Positions 10,218 through 20,578 of a DNA stretch of 64,000 nucleotides are shown here, in pieces. The translations under genes and the position numbers were made by a program. The DNA comes from Candidatus Daviesbacteria bacterium (GTDB lineage: Bacteria > Patescibacteriota > Microgenomatia > Daviesbacterales > UBA10151), in NCBI GenBank assembly GCA_016187035.1, contig JACPKL010000005.1, positions 135,150 to 199,149 on the forward strand. The letters run 5' to 3'. Position 1 is the first letter of the stretch. Each line of letters begins with the position of its first letter. Below the pieces are notes generated by a model. That model was not told where the DNA came from. It did not search any database and worked only from the letters and a program-made list of their open reading frames with translations.

Positions 10218-11145
10218 ACACATATTAATAACAGGAGGAGCAGGATATGTCGGCGTGCCGACTGTTTCTTTATTGCTTGAAAAAGGATACAAGGTGACAG
10301 TTATTGATAACCTGATGTGGACAGGAAATGTCCTTTTGCCATTTTTATCAAACACAGGCTTCAATTTTATTAAAGGAGATATACGTAGCAAAAAAGAACT
10401 GACAGATTCATTTGAGGATATAGATATAGTTATTCATTTGGCAGCAATAGTGGGTTTTCCTGCTTGTAGGAAATATCCTAAAGAATCACGGGAGATTAAT
10501 GTTGACGGCACTCAGCATGTTGTAGATTTTGCAAAAGGGAAAATCCCGATAATCTTTGCTTCAACAGGGAGCACGTACGGGAAAATTATTGAGAAATATT
10601 GTACAGAAACAACTCCACTTAACCCACTTTCACACTATGGTAAGCAAAAAGCAGAAGCGGAAGATATTATAAAAACAAACGATAGTTTTATAATATATCG
10701 TTTTGCAACCGCGTTTGGTGTTTCTCCCCGCATGCGTTTAGATTTATTGATTAATGATTTTGCTTTTAGGGCCGTCAGTGAAAAAACATTAATTGTATAC
10801 GAAAAAGAATTTATGAGAACGTTTATTCATGTAAAGGATATGGCCCGTTCTTTTTTATTCGCTTTAGAAAATTTTGATAAGATGAATAAAGAGATTTATA
10901 ACGTGGGTGACGAGAGATTGAATGTTAGTAAGGAAGAAGTTTGTAGATTGCTCCAAAAATATGTGGAATTTTATTTGCATTTCGTGGAGGTAGGACATGA
11001 TATTGATCAAAGAGATTACATGGTTGATTACTCGAAAATACAAAAAGTAGGGTATGATACAACAATTAGTATAGAAGAAGGCATAAAGGAACTTATTAAA
11101 CTTTCCGATATTATCAAGATTGAAAATCCCTACAGTAATGTATAA
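10198..11145 (+). CDS. NAD-dependent epimerase/dehydratase
   Basis: TGGAGYVG, HLAAIVG, YGKQK and RFATAFGVSPRMRLDLLIN. Confidence 0.88.
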   Translation: MNKKKFKHILITGGAGYVGVPTVSLLLEKGYKVTVIDNLMWTGNVLLPFLSNTGFNFIKGDIRSKKELTDSFEDIDIVIHLAAIVGFPACRKYPKESREINVDGTQHVVDFAKGKIPIIFASTGSTYGKIIEKYCTETTPLNPLSHYGKQKAEAEDIIKTNDSFIIYRFATAFGVSPRMRLDLLINDFAFRAVSEKTLIVYEKEFMRTFIHVKDMARSFLFALENFDKMNKEIYNVGDERLNVSKEEVCRLLQKYVEFYLHFVEVGHDIDQRDYMVDYSKIQKVGYDTTISIEEGIKELIKLSDIIKIENPYSNV

Positions 11146-11147
11146 TT

Positions 11148-13229
11148 ATGCAAGCTTTCTTCCAAAAGAATTTTAAGCTTCTTTTAATTCCAATAATTTG
11201 TTCAATGATTATCCTTTCCTGGTTTTATCAGGGTAAAATAATTTCCAACACTAGCGAAGAGCAATTGAGTATATATCATCCTCAGAATGATGCTAAAAAC
11301 TACTCTAACTTTTGGTTTCCACCGGGAATAGGCCAGAAGGGTCCATTTCAATTTGTAAAGTTCCCTGTTTTTTATGGATTGGGTTTGCTTGAGCACAGAG
11401 GTATGCCTGCTTTTTTAAGACAGGCTTTATTGCTTTGGCTCTTGATGGTAGCAGGAGTATTTTTTATGTTTCTCTTGCTTAGGAGAGGTTTTGAAGTCCC
11501 AACTATTTTTTCCCTGGTAGGCGGTTTTTTTTACTTACTAAATATATATTCAATGACTCAAGTTTGGAAAAGATTCCTCTACCACGGGATGTTTGCCTGG
11601 GTATATTTGCCTTTATTTCTACTGCTATGGATTGAATGGGTAAATAGCAAAAAATTTATTTGGCTATTTTTTTTCCTCTTTTCTTCATTTTTCTTTACAT
11701 ATAGTTTTACTCAGCCTGCTAATCTAATTACTATATGGGTTCCCGCAGGGATTTTTACACTAGTTCAAATTTGGCAATACGGTATAAAAACTAAAGAAGC
11801 AAAAAACATCCTTATAAAATCAATAATTGGACTTGTCCTTTGGTGTCTGGTTAATATTTGGTGGTTATACCCTGAGCTCTATTTGGGAAGCACTTGGACA
11901 CAGACAACTGGTGAAACTTTGAGCTATAATCTTAACTCACTACAGACAGTTAGTAGGGATTTTCCAATTTGGGAAATTCTTTTACTCAGGCAAGGTTGGT
12001 ACCTGAGTCCTAAAAATGACTTCGGAGGTTTTTATCAAAATATACCTATTATTTTTATAAGCATATTAATATTATATTTTGTGATTTTAGCTGTTGTTAA
12101 ATTAAGAGAGTTTCGTTATAGATCTTTTGTATTGGTTTTGGGATTTGTTGGCTTTTTTGTAAGTAAAGGTGCTAATTTCCCTTTCGGTAATGCATTTTTC
12201 TATTTACTCTTTTCTAATCTTAATTTTACTACAGCATTTAGAAATCCTTATGAGAAATTTGGAATAGTCTGGTTACTTGTGTATACAATATTATTTACAC
12301 TTGGATTTTCAAGATTCTTATCCTCATTAAAAGCTAATAAGCCTGTTTTTTTAGGTGGAGTCATTTTATTTCTAATTTTGGTATTGGTTTTCCCTTTTTG
12401 GAGTGGAGGAGTATTTCCTCAAAAACATAGGCTAAATGTGCCCAAATATTACGATGAGGCAAATGACTATTTGAATCAGCAATCCAGTGATAGACTTTTT
12501 CATATCCCGTTTTTATTAGAATTGGAGAATTTAACCTATTCTTGGGGATTTGTGGGGGGAGACCCGACACCCGCTCTGTTTAATCTGGAGACAATAACAG
12601 CACCCAAGAAGCCACTTTATTATCAGATTTCCCTCTTATTGCCAAAATATTTGAGTAATAAACAATTTCCTAAAATATTAGGTTTACTGGGTGTAGGAAA
12701 TGTTATCGTACATAAAGAAAGTGTTTACCCAACAATAAACTTAAAAGAAATGACAAAAAATATTGAAAATTGGGCAGACATTCAAAATAAAAAAGAAATA
12801 GGAGAATTAGTAATTTACTCTTTAGATAAGGAAATAATTAAGCCAAGAGTTTATGCTGCTATTTCCTCAATTTCAGTGAATTCAATAGAGGAGATGTTGG
12901 GAGAAGTTATGTCTGGTAATGTTGATACAAAAAAAGAAGTTTTTATGATAGGTGATAATACAACACCTTTAACTGCTTCAACTAAAGCATCTCCTCAAAT
13001 TATTTTTAATAAACTGTCCAATGACCATTTCTTAGTAGTTGTTAATAAAGCAACATTACCATTTATATTGGTTTTTAATAATACTTTTGATAAATCTTGG
13101 CAATTACGAATAGATAATCAAATTATAGATAAACACTTTATTGTTAATGGCTTTGCAAATGGATGGTTAATTGATAAGAAAGGTGACTACAAACTGGATA
13201 TTAAACTAAAGGTGTGGCCTTGGGATTAA
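11148..13229 (+). CDS. Multi-TM GT-C-like glycosyltransferase, family A (AftD/YfhO-like)
   Basis: About 11-12 hydrophobic segments; VWKRF, NIWW, KGANFPFG, FRNPYEK, VPKYY and C-terminal HFIVNGFANGW. Confidence 0.7.
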   Translation: MQAFFQKNFKLLLIPIICSMIILSWFYQGKIISNTSEEQLSIYHPQNDAKNYSNFWFPPGIGQKGPFQFVKFPVFYGLGLLEHRGMPAFLRQALLLWLLMVAGVFFMFLLLRRGFEVPTIFSLVGGFFYLLNIYSMTQVWKRFLYHGMFAWVYLPLFLLLWIEWVNSKKFIWLFFFLFSSFFFTYSFTQPANLITIWVPAGIFTLVQIWQYGIKTKEAKNILIKSIIGLVLWCLVNIWWLYPELYLGSTWTQTTGETLSYNLNSLQTVSRDFPIWEILLLRQGWYLSPKNDFGGFYQNIPIIFISILILYFVILAVVKLREFRYRSFVLVLGFVGFFVSKGANFPFGNAFFYLLFSNLNFTTAFRNPYEKFGIVWLLVYTILFTLGFSRFLSSLKANKPVFLGGVILFLILVLVFPFWSGGVFPQKHRLNVPKYYDEANDYLNQQSSDRLFHIPFLLELENLTYSWGFVGGDPTPALFNLETITAPKKPLYYQISLLLPKYLSNKQFPKILGLLGVGNVIVHKESVYPTINLKEMTKNIENWADIQNKKEIGELVIYSLDKEIIKPRVYAAISSISVNSIEEMLGEVMSGNVDTKKEVFMIGDNTTPLTASTKASPQIIFNKLSNDHFLVVVNKATLPFILVFNNTFDKSWQLRIDNQIIDKHFIVNGFANGWLIDKKGDYKLDIKLKVWPWD

Positions 13230-13235
13230 TTTTTA

Positions 13236-14105
13236 TTATTTCTTTTTCAGAACAATTAGGCCTAAGGGAGATTCTTCAATAAAATAAAAGATAATCTCTA
13301 AGATAAATACTAAGGGCGCTCCGATTAATAAAAAAAGAAGCTTAGGAATATTTTTTATAAAACCCAGTCTTAGATTAAGAGTAGAAATGCCAAGCATTTG
13401 TCCGATAGAGGCTAGTAAGCAATAAGGGGAATACTGAAAAGACATAATTTCTGTCTGAGTTACTATTTTGAGGTTTACACGATTTGCGATATTTTTTAAC
13501 CCTTCTTCTGTAAAATGGAATAGATGTCTTGGAATATCACGTTGAAGCCAATGTTTTCCTAGGATTTTTGATTCCAATGAGCCGAACCTAGGATATTCTA
13601 CAAAGATAAACCCACCTTTCTTTAATAGTGAAGCTGCTTTTTTAAGATATTGAGCGGGATTGGTAACATGCTCTAAACTTTCTAAAAAGACAATTGCATC
13701 AAATTTTTCATTAGTTTTCCAATTTAAAAAATTTACCTTAATAACATCTTTATTTTCAACTTTAGCCCCTGGATATTCTAAATTTGTCACATTAAACGCT
13801 TGTCCTAGTATTTGTCCAAAAACACCTTCTCCAGATCCTACATCCAATATGTCTCCCCTTGACATATATCTTCTAAACCAGCCGGCTCTTAACTTCTGGA
13901 AAGAATTATGTATACACTGTCTTAAAAAGGAAAATCTACCTAAATTTTGCCAATAAATCTTTGGATAATACTCAGATATATCTTTTGGAAAAGGATGAAC
14001 AAATCCATTTTTACAATTATTACAGAAGTAAAGATTGAACTGTCCGGAATCCATAAGATCAATATGCCTGCTTTCTTTGCAAATTGGACAAATTATCTTT
14101 GCCAT
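13236..14105 (-). CDS. Class I SAM-dependent methyltransferase with an N-terminal Cys4 Zn ribbon
   Basis: CPIC...CNNC, LDVGSGEG, LEHVTNP, LKKGG and PRHLFHF. Confidence 0.88.
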   Translation of the reverse strand: MAKIICPICKESRHIDLMDSGQFNLYFCNNCKNGFVHPFPKDISEYYPKIYWQNLGRFSFLRQCIHNSFQKLRAGWFRRYMSRGDILDVGSGEGVFGQILGQAFNVTNLEYPGAKVENKDVIKVNFLNWKTNEKFDAIVFLESLEHVTNPAQYLKKAASLLKKGGFIFVEYPRFGSLESKILGKHWLQRDIPRHLFHFTEEGLKNIANRVNLKIVTQTEIMSFQYSPYCLLASIGQMLGISTLNLRLGFIKNIPKLLFLLIGAPLVFILEIIFYFIEESPLGLIVLKKK

Positions 14106-14172
14106 AAGGTGTAATTATACTTTCTTTTACTTTCAAAAAATAGTATATTGGTATCAAAAATAGCCACTATTA

Positions 14173-16389
14173 ATGATAAAAATAATAGTCCTCATTTTGA
14201 TAATACCCTCTATTATAATAGGTTTGTGGTTTAAAGATGGCTATATTCTTGGAACAGCAGAGGATGGTTTACCTTTCTACAATTTATCACATTTTAAACC
14301 AGAGGCAGATTTTGCCTGGATGGAGCATCCGGGTTTAGGAAGAAGTACACTATATTTAACCGCCTCAAAGCCTACCTACATGATAATGACCTGGTTACAA
14401 AATAAAGGATTACCTGGTTTCATTATTCAGGCAGGAGTATTGTGGTTGATGTTTGTAATTTCGGGAATAGGAATATATTTTTTAACCCAGGAATTTTTCC
14501 CTAAACTTCCTAAGACTTACTTAATTTTATCAATCCTTTTTTACTGGTTTAATCCCATCTCATTAGTTAACGTATGGAACAGATTTCTGCTTGATTATAT
14601 TTCCTTTTACAGCATGTTACCCATGGTTTCTTTTCTATTTATTAATGGGCTAAAAACAAAAAAATATATATGGAGCATTGTATTCACAATAGTTATTCTC
14701 TTTTATTCATATTCATTTAACTACCTAGCTTTTTTTATTCTAATTTGGCTGATTCTTTTTATTTGGACAGTTTTTTTCTTTCTGTTGACAAAAAATGGAT
14801 CAATCCGCTTTTTTTATATAAAGTATTTTTTATTAGCATTTGCTTTTTTTGTTTTAACAAATGCCTGGTGGGTAAGTCAATTGGTAGGATTTCAAACTCT
14901 CAAGGATTTTGATTCTTCGATCCATGATATTACAACTGATATAAATTCTGGAATTTTTAATGCATTAAGTAAGAGCATGGGTAATTTAAATGATGTGTAT
15001 AGATTAAACAATGCCTCTTTTTTTAAAAATGACTCGCTTTCCTGGGTAAAGCCGTTCTACTCCGTACCAATTGTTTTTGCAGAATTTATTGTGACGGCTA
15101 TAATGTTTTGGTCTATTTTAAAAAATAAAAAAGATATTTCTGTACTGATTCTTGCCGGAGTTTTTTTTACAGGCATTTTTTTAGCAAAAGGCAATAACCC
15201 TCCTTTAGGAGGAATCTTTGAATTCCTTTTTAAGAATTTTTTATTCCTCCAAATTTTCCGAAATCCTTTTGAGAAATCAGGATTTATTTTGCTTTTGGCA
15301 GCAACTCCGCTATTAAGTTTTGCAATTTTTAAAGTTAGTGAAACTTTGAAACCCCTTTATCGAAAATTAATTTATACTGTTTGTTTAATTTATATAGTTT
15401 TGGTTTGGGGATACCCATTTTACACAGGGTTTGTATTAACTTCCAAATTTCCACCAACAAATAATTATGAAATAGGTTACAAGGTGAAGGTTCCTGAGTA
15501 TTACCATCTGGCTGATGATTGGTTGGTTAAGCGGGGCACAAATTTTAGAACAATAGGATTCCCAATAGAAGATGAGGCCGTAACTTATAAGTGGGAAAAG
15601 GGTTATTCAGGAGTTGAATTATCAACTGCCTTATTTTCTAATCCGGTAATTTTACATAAAACCGGGGTACCATTCTTTTATGATCTTGTACCCCAGATTC
15701 AAAAGACTCTTTTAGGGGAAGAAGAGATTTACAAATTGGCTAATATTCTTAACGCCAGATATTTGTTTGTTCGCGAAGATATTGATTTCAAAGAGAGAAA
15801 AATGGTTGACCCTTTAATCATAAAACAAAAATTATCTTCAAGGGAGAGAATGGGTCAGATAAGGAAAGTGGGCGAATTTGGAAAATTAACTTTTTGGGAA
15901 AATTTAAAATGGAAAGATTTAACATTTTACCCTGCGAATTTAATCAAGTTATCAACCAGTCAAGATCCATCTAACCTATCATCTATTGATGCACTTTCTG
16001 GAGAAGTGTTGGCTGATAAAAAGTATGAATTTGGAGATGTAAACGATTCATTAGATAATTTAAAAATTACATATGAAAGAATTAATCCAACAAAGTATAT
16101 TGTTCATATTCAGGAAGCAGCCTCACCGTTTGTATTAGTTTTTTCGGAATTATTTAATGGAGGCTGGAAAATTACTTCCGAGGAGGGAGGAAAATCTTAT
16201 GACCATTTTAGGGTTAATTATTATGCTAATGGATGGTTAATTGATAAAAAAGGAAACTATGATCTGACAGTTGAATTTAGTCTTCAAAAGTGGTTGGACA
16301 TAGGAGAAAAAATTTCAATAATAAGCTTTCTTGTAGTGCTTTGCCTATTAATTTATTTACTTTGGAAAAATAAACAAAGGAAAACCTAA
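14173..16389 (+). CDS. Multi-TM GT-C-like glycosyltransferase, family A
   Basis: TAEDG after TM1; VWNRF, NAWW, KGNNPP, FRNPFEK, VPEYY, HFRVNYYANGW and a terminal TM helix. Confidence 0.7.
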   Translation: MIKIIVLILIIPSIIIGLWFKDGYILGTAEDGLPFYNLSHFKPEADFAWMEHPGLGRSTLYLTASKPTYMIMTWLQNKGLPGFIIQAGVLWLMFVISGIGIYFLTQEFFPKLPKTYLILSILFYWFNPISLVNVWNRFLLDYISFYSMLPMVSFLFINGLKTKKYIWSIVFTIVILFYSYSFNYLAFFILIWLILFIWTVFFFLLTKNGSIRFFYIKYFLLAFAFFVLTNAWWVSQLVGFQTLKDFDSSIHDITTDINSGIFNALSKSMGNLNDVYRLNNASFFKNDSLSWVKPFYSVPIVFAEFIVTAIMFWSILKNKKDISVLILAGVFFTGIFLAKGNNPPLGGIFEFLFKNFLFLQIFRNPFEKSGFILLLAATPLLSFAIFKVSETLKPLYRKLIYTVCLIYIVLVWGYPFYTGFVLTSKFPPTNNYEIGYKVKVPEYYHLADDWLVKRGTNFRTIGFPIEDEAVTYKWEKGYSGVELSTALFSNPVILHKTGVPFFYDLVPQIQKTLLGEEEIYKLANILNARYLFVREDIDFKERKMVDPLIIKQKLSSRERMGQIRKVGEFGKLTFWENLKWKDLTFYPANLIKLSTSQDPSNLSSIDALSGEVLADKKYEFGDVNDSLDNLKITYERINPTKYIVHIQEAASPFVLVFSELFNGGWKITSEEGGKSYDHFRVNYYANGWLIDKKGNYDLTVEFSLQKWLDIGEKISIISFLVVLCLLIYLLWKNKQRKT

Positions 16390-16601
16390 TGTTTTATTGG
16401 ATAGTTCTAATTCTTATTATTGGAATAATGTTTTTCCTAAAAAAGGATTCAAAATTTTACTTATTTACTGCCTTTTACATTTTCTGCGTGGGCGCAATAC
16501 TTAGGATAATTTGGTTAAATGAAGTATCAGAAATTTTAATGAGGATGAGTTTTATTTTTTGGTTAGTTGGACTTTTTAAAGCTTTCAAAGAAGTTAACTA
16601 G
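16389..16601 (+). CDS. Small 2-3 TM membrane protein, coupled to the family A gene
   Basis: 70 aa and hydrophobic; start overlaps the upstream stop (TAATG); similar to the ORFs at 57369, 61204 and 63069. Confidence 0.75.
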   Translation: MFYWIVLILIIGIMFFLKKDSKFYLFTAFYIFCVGAILRIIWLNEVSEILMRMSFIFWLVGLFKAFKEVN

Positions 16602-16664
16602 TTTTTTGCAACCTTTTAACTAGGGAATTTTACCTTGAATATTAACTATTTATAATTACAAGAA

Positions 16665-16689
16665 AACCCCGCTTTATCAAAGCGGGGTT
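16665..16689 (-). terminator. Perfect GC-rich hairpin (intrinsic terminator-like on the minus strand)
   Basis: aaccccgcttt-atc-aaagcggggtt (11-bp stem); the minus strand continues GGGGTTTTCTT. Confidence 0.6.
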
Positions 16690-16709
16690 CAACTGACAAG
16701 TAATTACAC

Positions 16710-16832
16710 ACTTCCGCGGGGTCGGTGGTGTACTTGGCTTAGGTTTTCTTGTAAGCAAAGCTTTCCTTTGCATAGCAAACGTAAGTTTGTAAACTTTAAA
16801 AGGAAAACCGCGGACTCTTAGTCCGCGGAAGT
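16710..16832. other. Structured intergenic element (candidate ncRNA or IS200/IS605-type palindromic remnant)
   Basis: Nested inverted repeats: 16710-16719/16823-16832, 16742-16750/16801-16809, 16755-16760/16766-16771 and 16776-16780/16785-16789 (GTAA loop). Confidence 0.45.
16808..16828 (-). terminator. Hairpin, likely the terminator of the minus-strand gene ending at 16841
   Basis: ccgcggact-ctt-agtccgcgg (9 bp), followed on the minus strand by TTTTCCTTTT; 12 nt past the stop codon. Confidence 0.6.
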
Positions 16833-16840
16833 TTATAAAA

Positions 16841-18433
16841 CTAAGTACCTTCAGGGGATAAGGATTTTAAAATATTTTTCCTGGTAATTTCACTTGTATT
16901 TATTAATTTATCTGTTCCTTCAAGATTAAAACTATAAATATTTTCAATAGGTAAAGGTTTTGGTAATACGCTAAATCTTGCAAGAGATTTGCCATCCTTG
17001 ACTGCAGAGATTAAATCCTTAAAATTATCAATAGTTACAACTGTTTTAAAATCTGATATATTGTGGATTAATTGTAGCTTAGAGGGTAGTCCGAACTCTA
17101 ACACATTATGTATAATGTCTCTCCGCTCACCTGTAAAGTAGAATACTAAAGGCCTTTCTGTTTTACCGATATTTTTAAATTCAGGAAGTTGTGACCAAAT
17201 TTTATCGTAAAGTTGCTGACTTCTTATTTGTTCCAAATTACTAAAGTAAGACCTTGTTGAATATATATTCATTATTAGTACTAATGATAATAAGGCAATA
17301 ATTACGTTTCTTGATTTTTTGCTTTGCCCTAAGCTAATAAGACTTGCAAATAATATACTAATGCCAATCGCAGGAAGTATTAAATATCTCTGGTCAGTTG
17401 AAAATATACTCGTTAAATACTCTGGTCTCATCCACGGTATCAAAAAAGCAAAGAAGGTCCAAATTAAAGAAATAATTAATGCATCTAAAATTTTAGATTT
17501 CCTGTTTAAGATTATAAGTAAAAACCATATAACAATAGATAAGCCTCCGATGAATGTTGATAACGCTTTATTCTCATTACCTACTGAAATATTTGGGATA
17601 ATCATTCCTCCTAATGCAGCAATCGGGTTAAGGAGAAAATCTACTTGTCCTTTTTGAATTAAATTGTACCCTGCTTTGAAACTAGTTAGAGTTACGTTTG
17701 TTAATGCTTGAGTGGAATTAGTTATGGTTTGATTATCCCAATCGTGTGGGGAAGAAAATAAGTTAGTCTGAGTTAATAAAATTAGGTAGATTAATGAAAT
17801 TATTGTTAATCTAGTAACTACTTTTTTTAACATTTCAAAAGTTCGATGGTTTAAAAACCAAATAATCTCTATCATAACAATGAAAGGAACAATGCTCATT
17901 GACCGTATAGGATAAATAACTATAGTGGCAAAAAAAAATAGAGTAAAATAAACGACCCATTTAATTTGGTAATTATCTCTTGATTTTAGGAAGAAATACA
18001 GAAATAAATTAAAAAAGAGAACTAGCAAATACGTGGGCATATGAAAGACCCAGTCGGTTGTTTCGAGGCCAATAGTAGTTATGGAAAAAAAAAGGACAGC
18101 AAAAAAAGAAGCTAATGTATTTCTAGTTAAATAGAAAGCTAAGGGATAAAGAGAAAAAGAGGCTAGAAGTCTAAATAAGTATGAGGTGATGTAATAAGGT
18201 GAAGGATTATAGTGGTAAATTTTAAACAAAAATCCATTAAGAATATCTTGAGATCCAAAAAGGGTGAAAAAATAAGTTGGGTAATTCCAAGCTCCTATGG
18301 AAAATTGGCCTACCATTCTTTCATACCTCCAAATAACGAGCCAAAAATCTCCAAATAGAGAAAGATTGAAGGAGGGATAGAAGGCATAGAGACTAATTGA
18401 AATTGTAGTAAAGATTAAAAAAATTAAATACAT
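16841..18433 (-). CDS. Multi-TM GT-C-like protein, family B (short variant)
   Basis: LFGDFW after TM1; RYLILPAIG; C-terminal IENIYSFNL is a variant of the family motif. Confidence 0.65.
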   Translation of the reverse strand: MYLIFLIFTTISISLYAFYPSFNLSLFGDFWLVIWRYERMVGQFSIGAWNYPTYFFTLFGSQDILNGFLFKIYHYNPSPYYITSYLFRLLASFSLYPLAFYLTRNTLASFFAVLFFSITTIGLETTDWVFHMPTYLLVLFFNLFLYFFLKSRDNYQIKWVVYFTLFFFATIVIYPIRSMSIVPFIVMIEIIWFLNHRTFEMLKKVVTRLTIISLIYLILLTQTNLFSSPHDWDNQTITNSTQALTNVTLTSFKAGYNLIQKGQVDFLLNPIAALGGMIIPNISVGNENKALSTFIGGLSIVIWFLLIILNRKSKILDALIISLIWTFFAFLIPWMRPEYLTSIFSTDQRYLILPAIGISILFASLISLGQSKKSRNVIIALLSLVLIMNIYSTRSYFSNLEQIRSQQLYDKIWSQLPEFKNIGKTERPLVFYFTGERRDIIHNVLEFGLPSKLQLIHNISDFKTVVTIDNFKDLISAVKDGKSLARFSVLPKPLPIENIYSFNLEGTDKLINTSEITRKNILKSLSPEGT

Positions 18434-18567
18434 AATGTAATTTTCTTGAGTTTATCTAATATGTTAATACAGTGAAATACGTCATTCAATAAGACTAAAA
18501 AGCTTGTTCATAGTTTATTTGTTTGTTAGATTATATAATATTAAGGAATTTACACAAAACGACAAGA

Positions 18568-19764
18568 ATGAATTTTTATATCTTTGCAAATGCTGCCTTA
18601 GGTAAAGGCTTGTCCGGAGGAGATAGGATTTTTATAGAGTTTGCCAGAAGATTGAGTAGAGATAAACATGTAGTGATTCAGGTATGGGAAGAAGGATATA
18701 TAATGTGCAAGAGGCAAGGACTAGAAGAAGGTAAAAATTTAGAGTTTGATTTAATAAATGTAAATCCTTGGTGTAAATTAGGTTTTTTAATTTGCTATTT
18801 AACAAGAATCCTGAGTGCACTTTATAAGGCTCTATTTATAAAGCTTGAGAATAATAGTTCAACAGTCATTTATGCTGCTTCAGAATTTTGGATGGATTCT
18901 TTACCCTGCTTTATTCTCAAACTCCGCTACCCAAAGATTAAATGGGTAGCAGGTTGGTTTCAGACAGCCCCAAATCCTCTAAAAGGTTTTTCTGAAGGAG
19001 AAAGGGAAAGGGAAAACGTCTATAGATTATCCGCTTTTTATCATTGGTTTATGCAGCTTCCCATAAAGCCTTTAATCTCAAACATTGCTGATTTAATTTT
19101 AGTTAATAACGATCTCGAAAGAAGGCAGTTTGGCACTACAGATAAAACTCTAGTTATTTTGGGTGCTGTTGATGTAGAAAGGATCAATGAATACCGAGAA
19201 CATCATAAGAAAAATACTTTAATCTATGATGCAGTTTTCCAAGGAAGATTTCATCCCCAAAAAGGGGTGGTGGAGCTAATAAATATTTGGAAGAAGGTGA
19301 GTGAAAAAATACCTGGTGCTAAACTGGCAATGATTGGAAATGGACCATTGATGAATGATGTTATAGATAAAATAAAAGAGATAGGCCTTGAGGACAATGT
19401 TAAACTTTTTGGCTACTTATTTGATGGAGAGGAGAAATATAGAATTTTTTCTCAAAGTAAATTAGTAGTTCATCCAGCATTTTTTGACTCTGGCGGTATG
19501 GCCTCAGCTGAAGCAATGGCTTTTGGTATACCTTGTGTTGGTTTTAACTTGGATTCATATAAATCCTACTATCCTAAGGGTATGGTTAAGGTTACAGCTG
19601 GGGATTTAAATTTGTTTGCCAAAACTATAGTGGAGCTTATAAATAGTAAACGTAAAAGAGAAGAAATTGGTAAAGAAGCGCAAAAGATGATACAAGAAAA
19701 TTGGAGTTGGGATCAAAGGGTCGAGCAATTATTAAAGAGTATTCCCCTCCACACAACCTCTTGA
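18568..19764 (+). CDS. GT4-family glycosyltransferase
   Basis: SGGDRI, GRFHPQKG and DSGGMASAEAMAFG. ATG 18568 preferred over TTG 18523. Confidence 0.9.
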   Translation: MNFYIFANAALGKGLSGGDRIFIEFARRLSRDKHVVIQVWEEGYIMCKRQGLEEGKNLEFDLINVNPWCKLGFLICYLTRILSALYKALFIKLENNSSTVIYAASEFWMDSLPCFILKLRYPKIKWVAGWFQTAPNPLKGFSEGERERENVYRLSAFYHWFMQLPIKPLISNIADLILVNNDLERRQFGTTDKTLVILGAVDVERINEYREHHKKNTLIYDAVFQGRFHPQKGVVELINIWKKVSEKIPGAKLAMIGNGPLMNDVIDKIKEIGLEDNVKLFGYLFDGEEKYRIFSQSKLVVHPAFFDSGGMASAEAMAFGIPCVGFNLDSYKSYYPKGMVKVTAGDLNLFAKTIVELINSKRKREEIGKEAQKMIQENWSWDQRVEQLLKSIPLHTTS

Positions 19765-19789
19765 CTATAGTTATTTTCCCGTTTAGTAT
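19761..19789 (+). promoter_or_regulatory. Sigma70-type promoter of the rfbF module
   Basis: TTGACT (19761-19766), 17 nt spacer, TAGTAT (19784-19789). Confidence 0.45.
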
Positions 19790-19804
19790 CTACTAATTAA
19801 TACC

Positions 19805-20578
19805 ATGAAAGTTGTTATTCTTTGTGGTGGCATTGGATACAGACTTAAAGAAGAAACAGAATTCAAACCCAAACCTATGGTGTTTATTGGTAATCAACCT
19901 ATTATTTGGCATATCATGAAAATTTACTCCCACTTTGGGTTTAATAAATTTATCATAGCATTAGGATATAAAGGAGATTATATAAAAGAGTATTTCTTAA
20001 ACCAAAAATACTTCACTAATAATTTTACTATTAATACTAAAAGCGGATATACCAAAACACACAGGAATGGAGATAATAAAGATGATTTTGAGATTACCTT
20101 GGTAGAGACAGGTCAAGATACCCTGCCAGGAGAGCGTATTTTAAGAGTAAAAGATTTTATACCTGAAGATGATGAGGATTTTATGGTTACATACGGTGAT
20201 GGCGTCTCAGATGTGGATATTAAAGAGTTAGTTAAATTTCATAAAAAACAAGGTCTTTTGGGAACGGTTACTGGTGTTCATCCAAGAAGTAAATATGGTT
20301 TACTAACAATTAATGAAAACAACATTGTTCAAAGTTTTTCCGAAAAACCAGTCCTTAATGAATGGGTAAATGGAGGATTCATGGTTTTTAATAAGCAATT
20401 TTTTTCATATCTTAAGGCTGGGGAATTTGAACACGAAGCAATTAAAAGATTGATTGAAATCAAACAACTCTCTGTTTTTACTCACAATGGCTTTTGGCAT
20501 TCAATGGATACTTACCCAGACGTGGATAATCTAAATAAGTTATGGCAAGAGGATCCAAAGTGGAAGGTATGGAAATAA
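19805..20578 (+). CDS. rfbF: Glucose-1-phosphate cytidylyltransferase
   Basis: MKVVILCGGIGYRLKEET..KPKPMV, WHIMKIYSH, TYGDGV, NGGF and GFWHSMDT. Confidence 0.88.
   Translation: MKVVILCGGIGYRLKEETEFKPKPMVFIGNQPIIWHIMKIYSHFGFNKFIIALGYKGDYIKEYFLNQKYFTNNFTINTKSGYTKTHRNGDNKDDFEITLVETGQDTLPGERILRVKDFIPEDDEDFMVTYGDGVSDVDIKELVKFHKKQGLLGTVTGVHPRSKYGLLTINENNIVQSFSEKPVLNEWVNGGFMVFNKQFFSYLKAGEFEHEAIKRLIEIKQLSVFTHNGFWHSMDTYPDVDNLNKLWQEDPKWKVWK

Noticed and set aside
16642..16773. 43-codon minus-strand ORF (MQRKALLTRKPKPSTPPTPRKC...) within the structured intergenic element
   Set aside because: It runs through the hairpins, has no family resemblance, and is better explained by the RNA/DNA structure.
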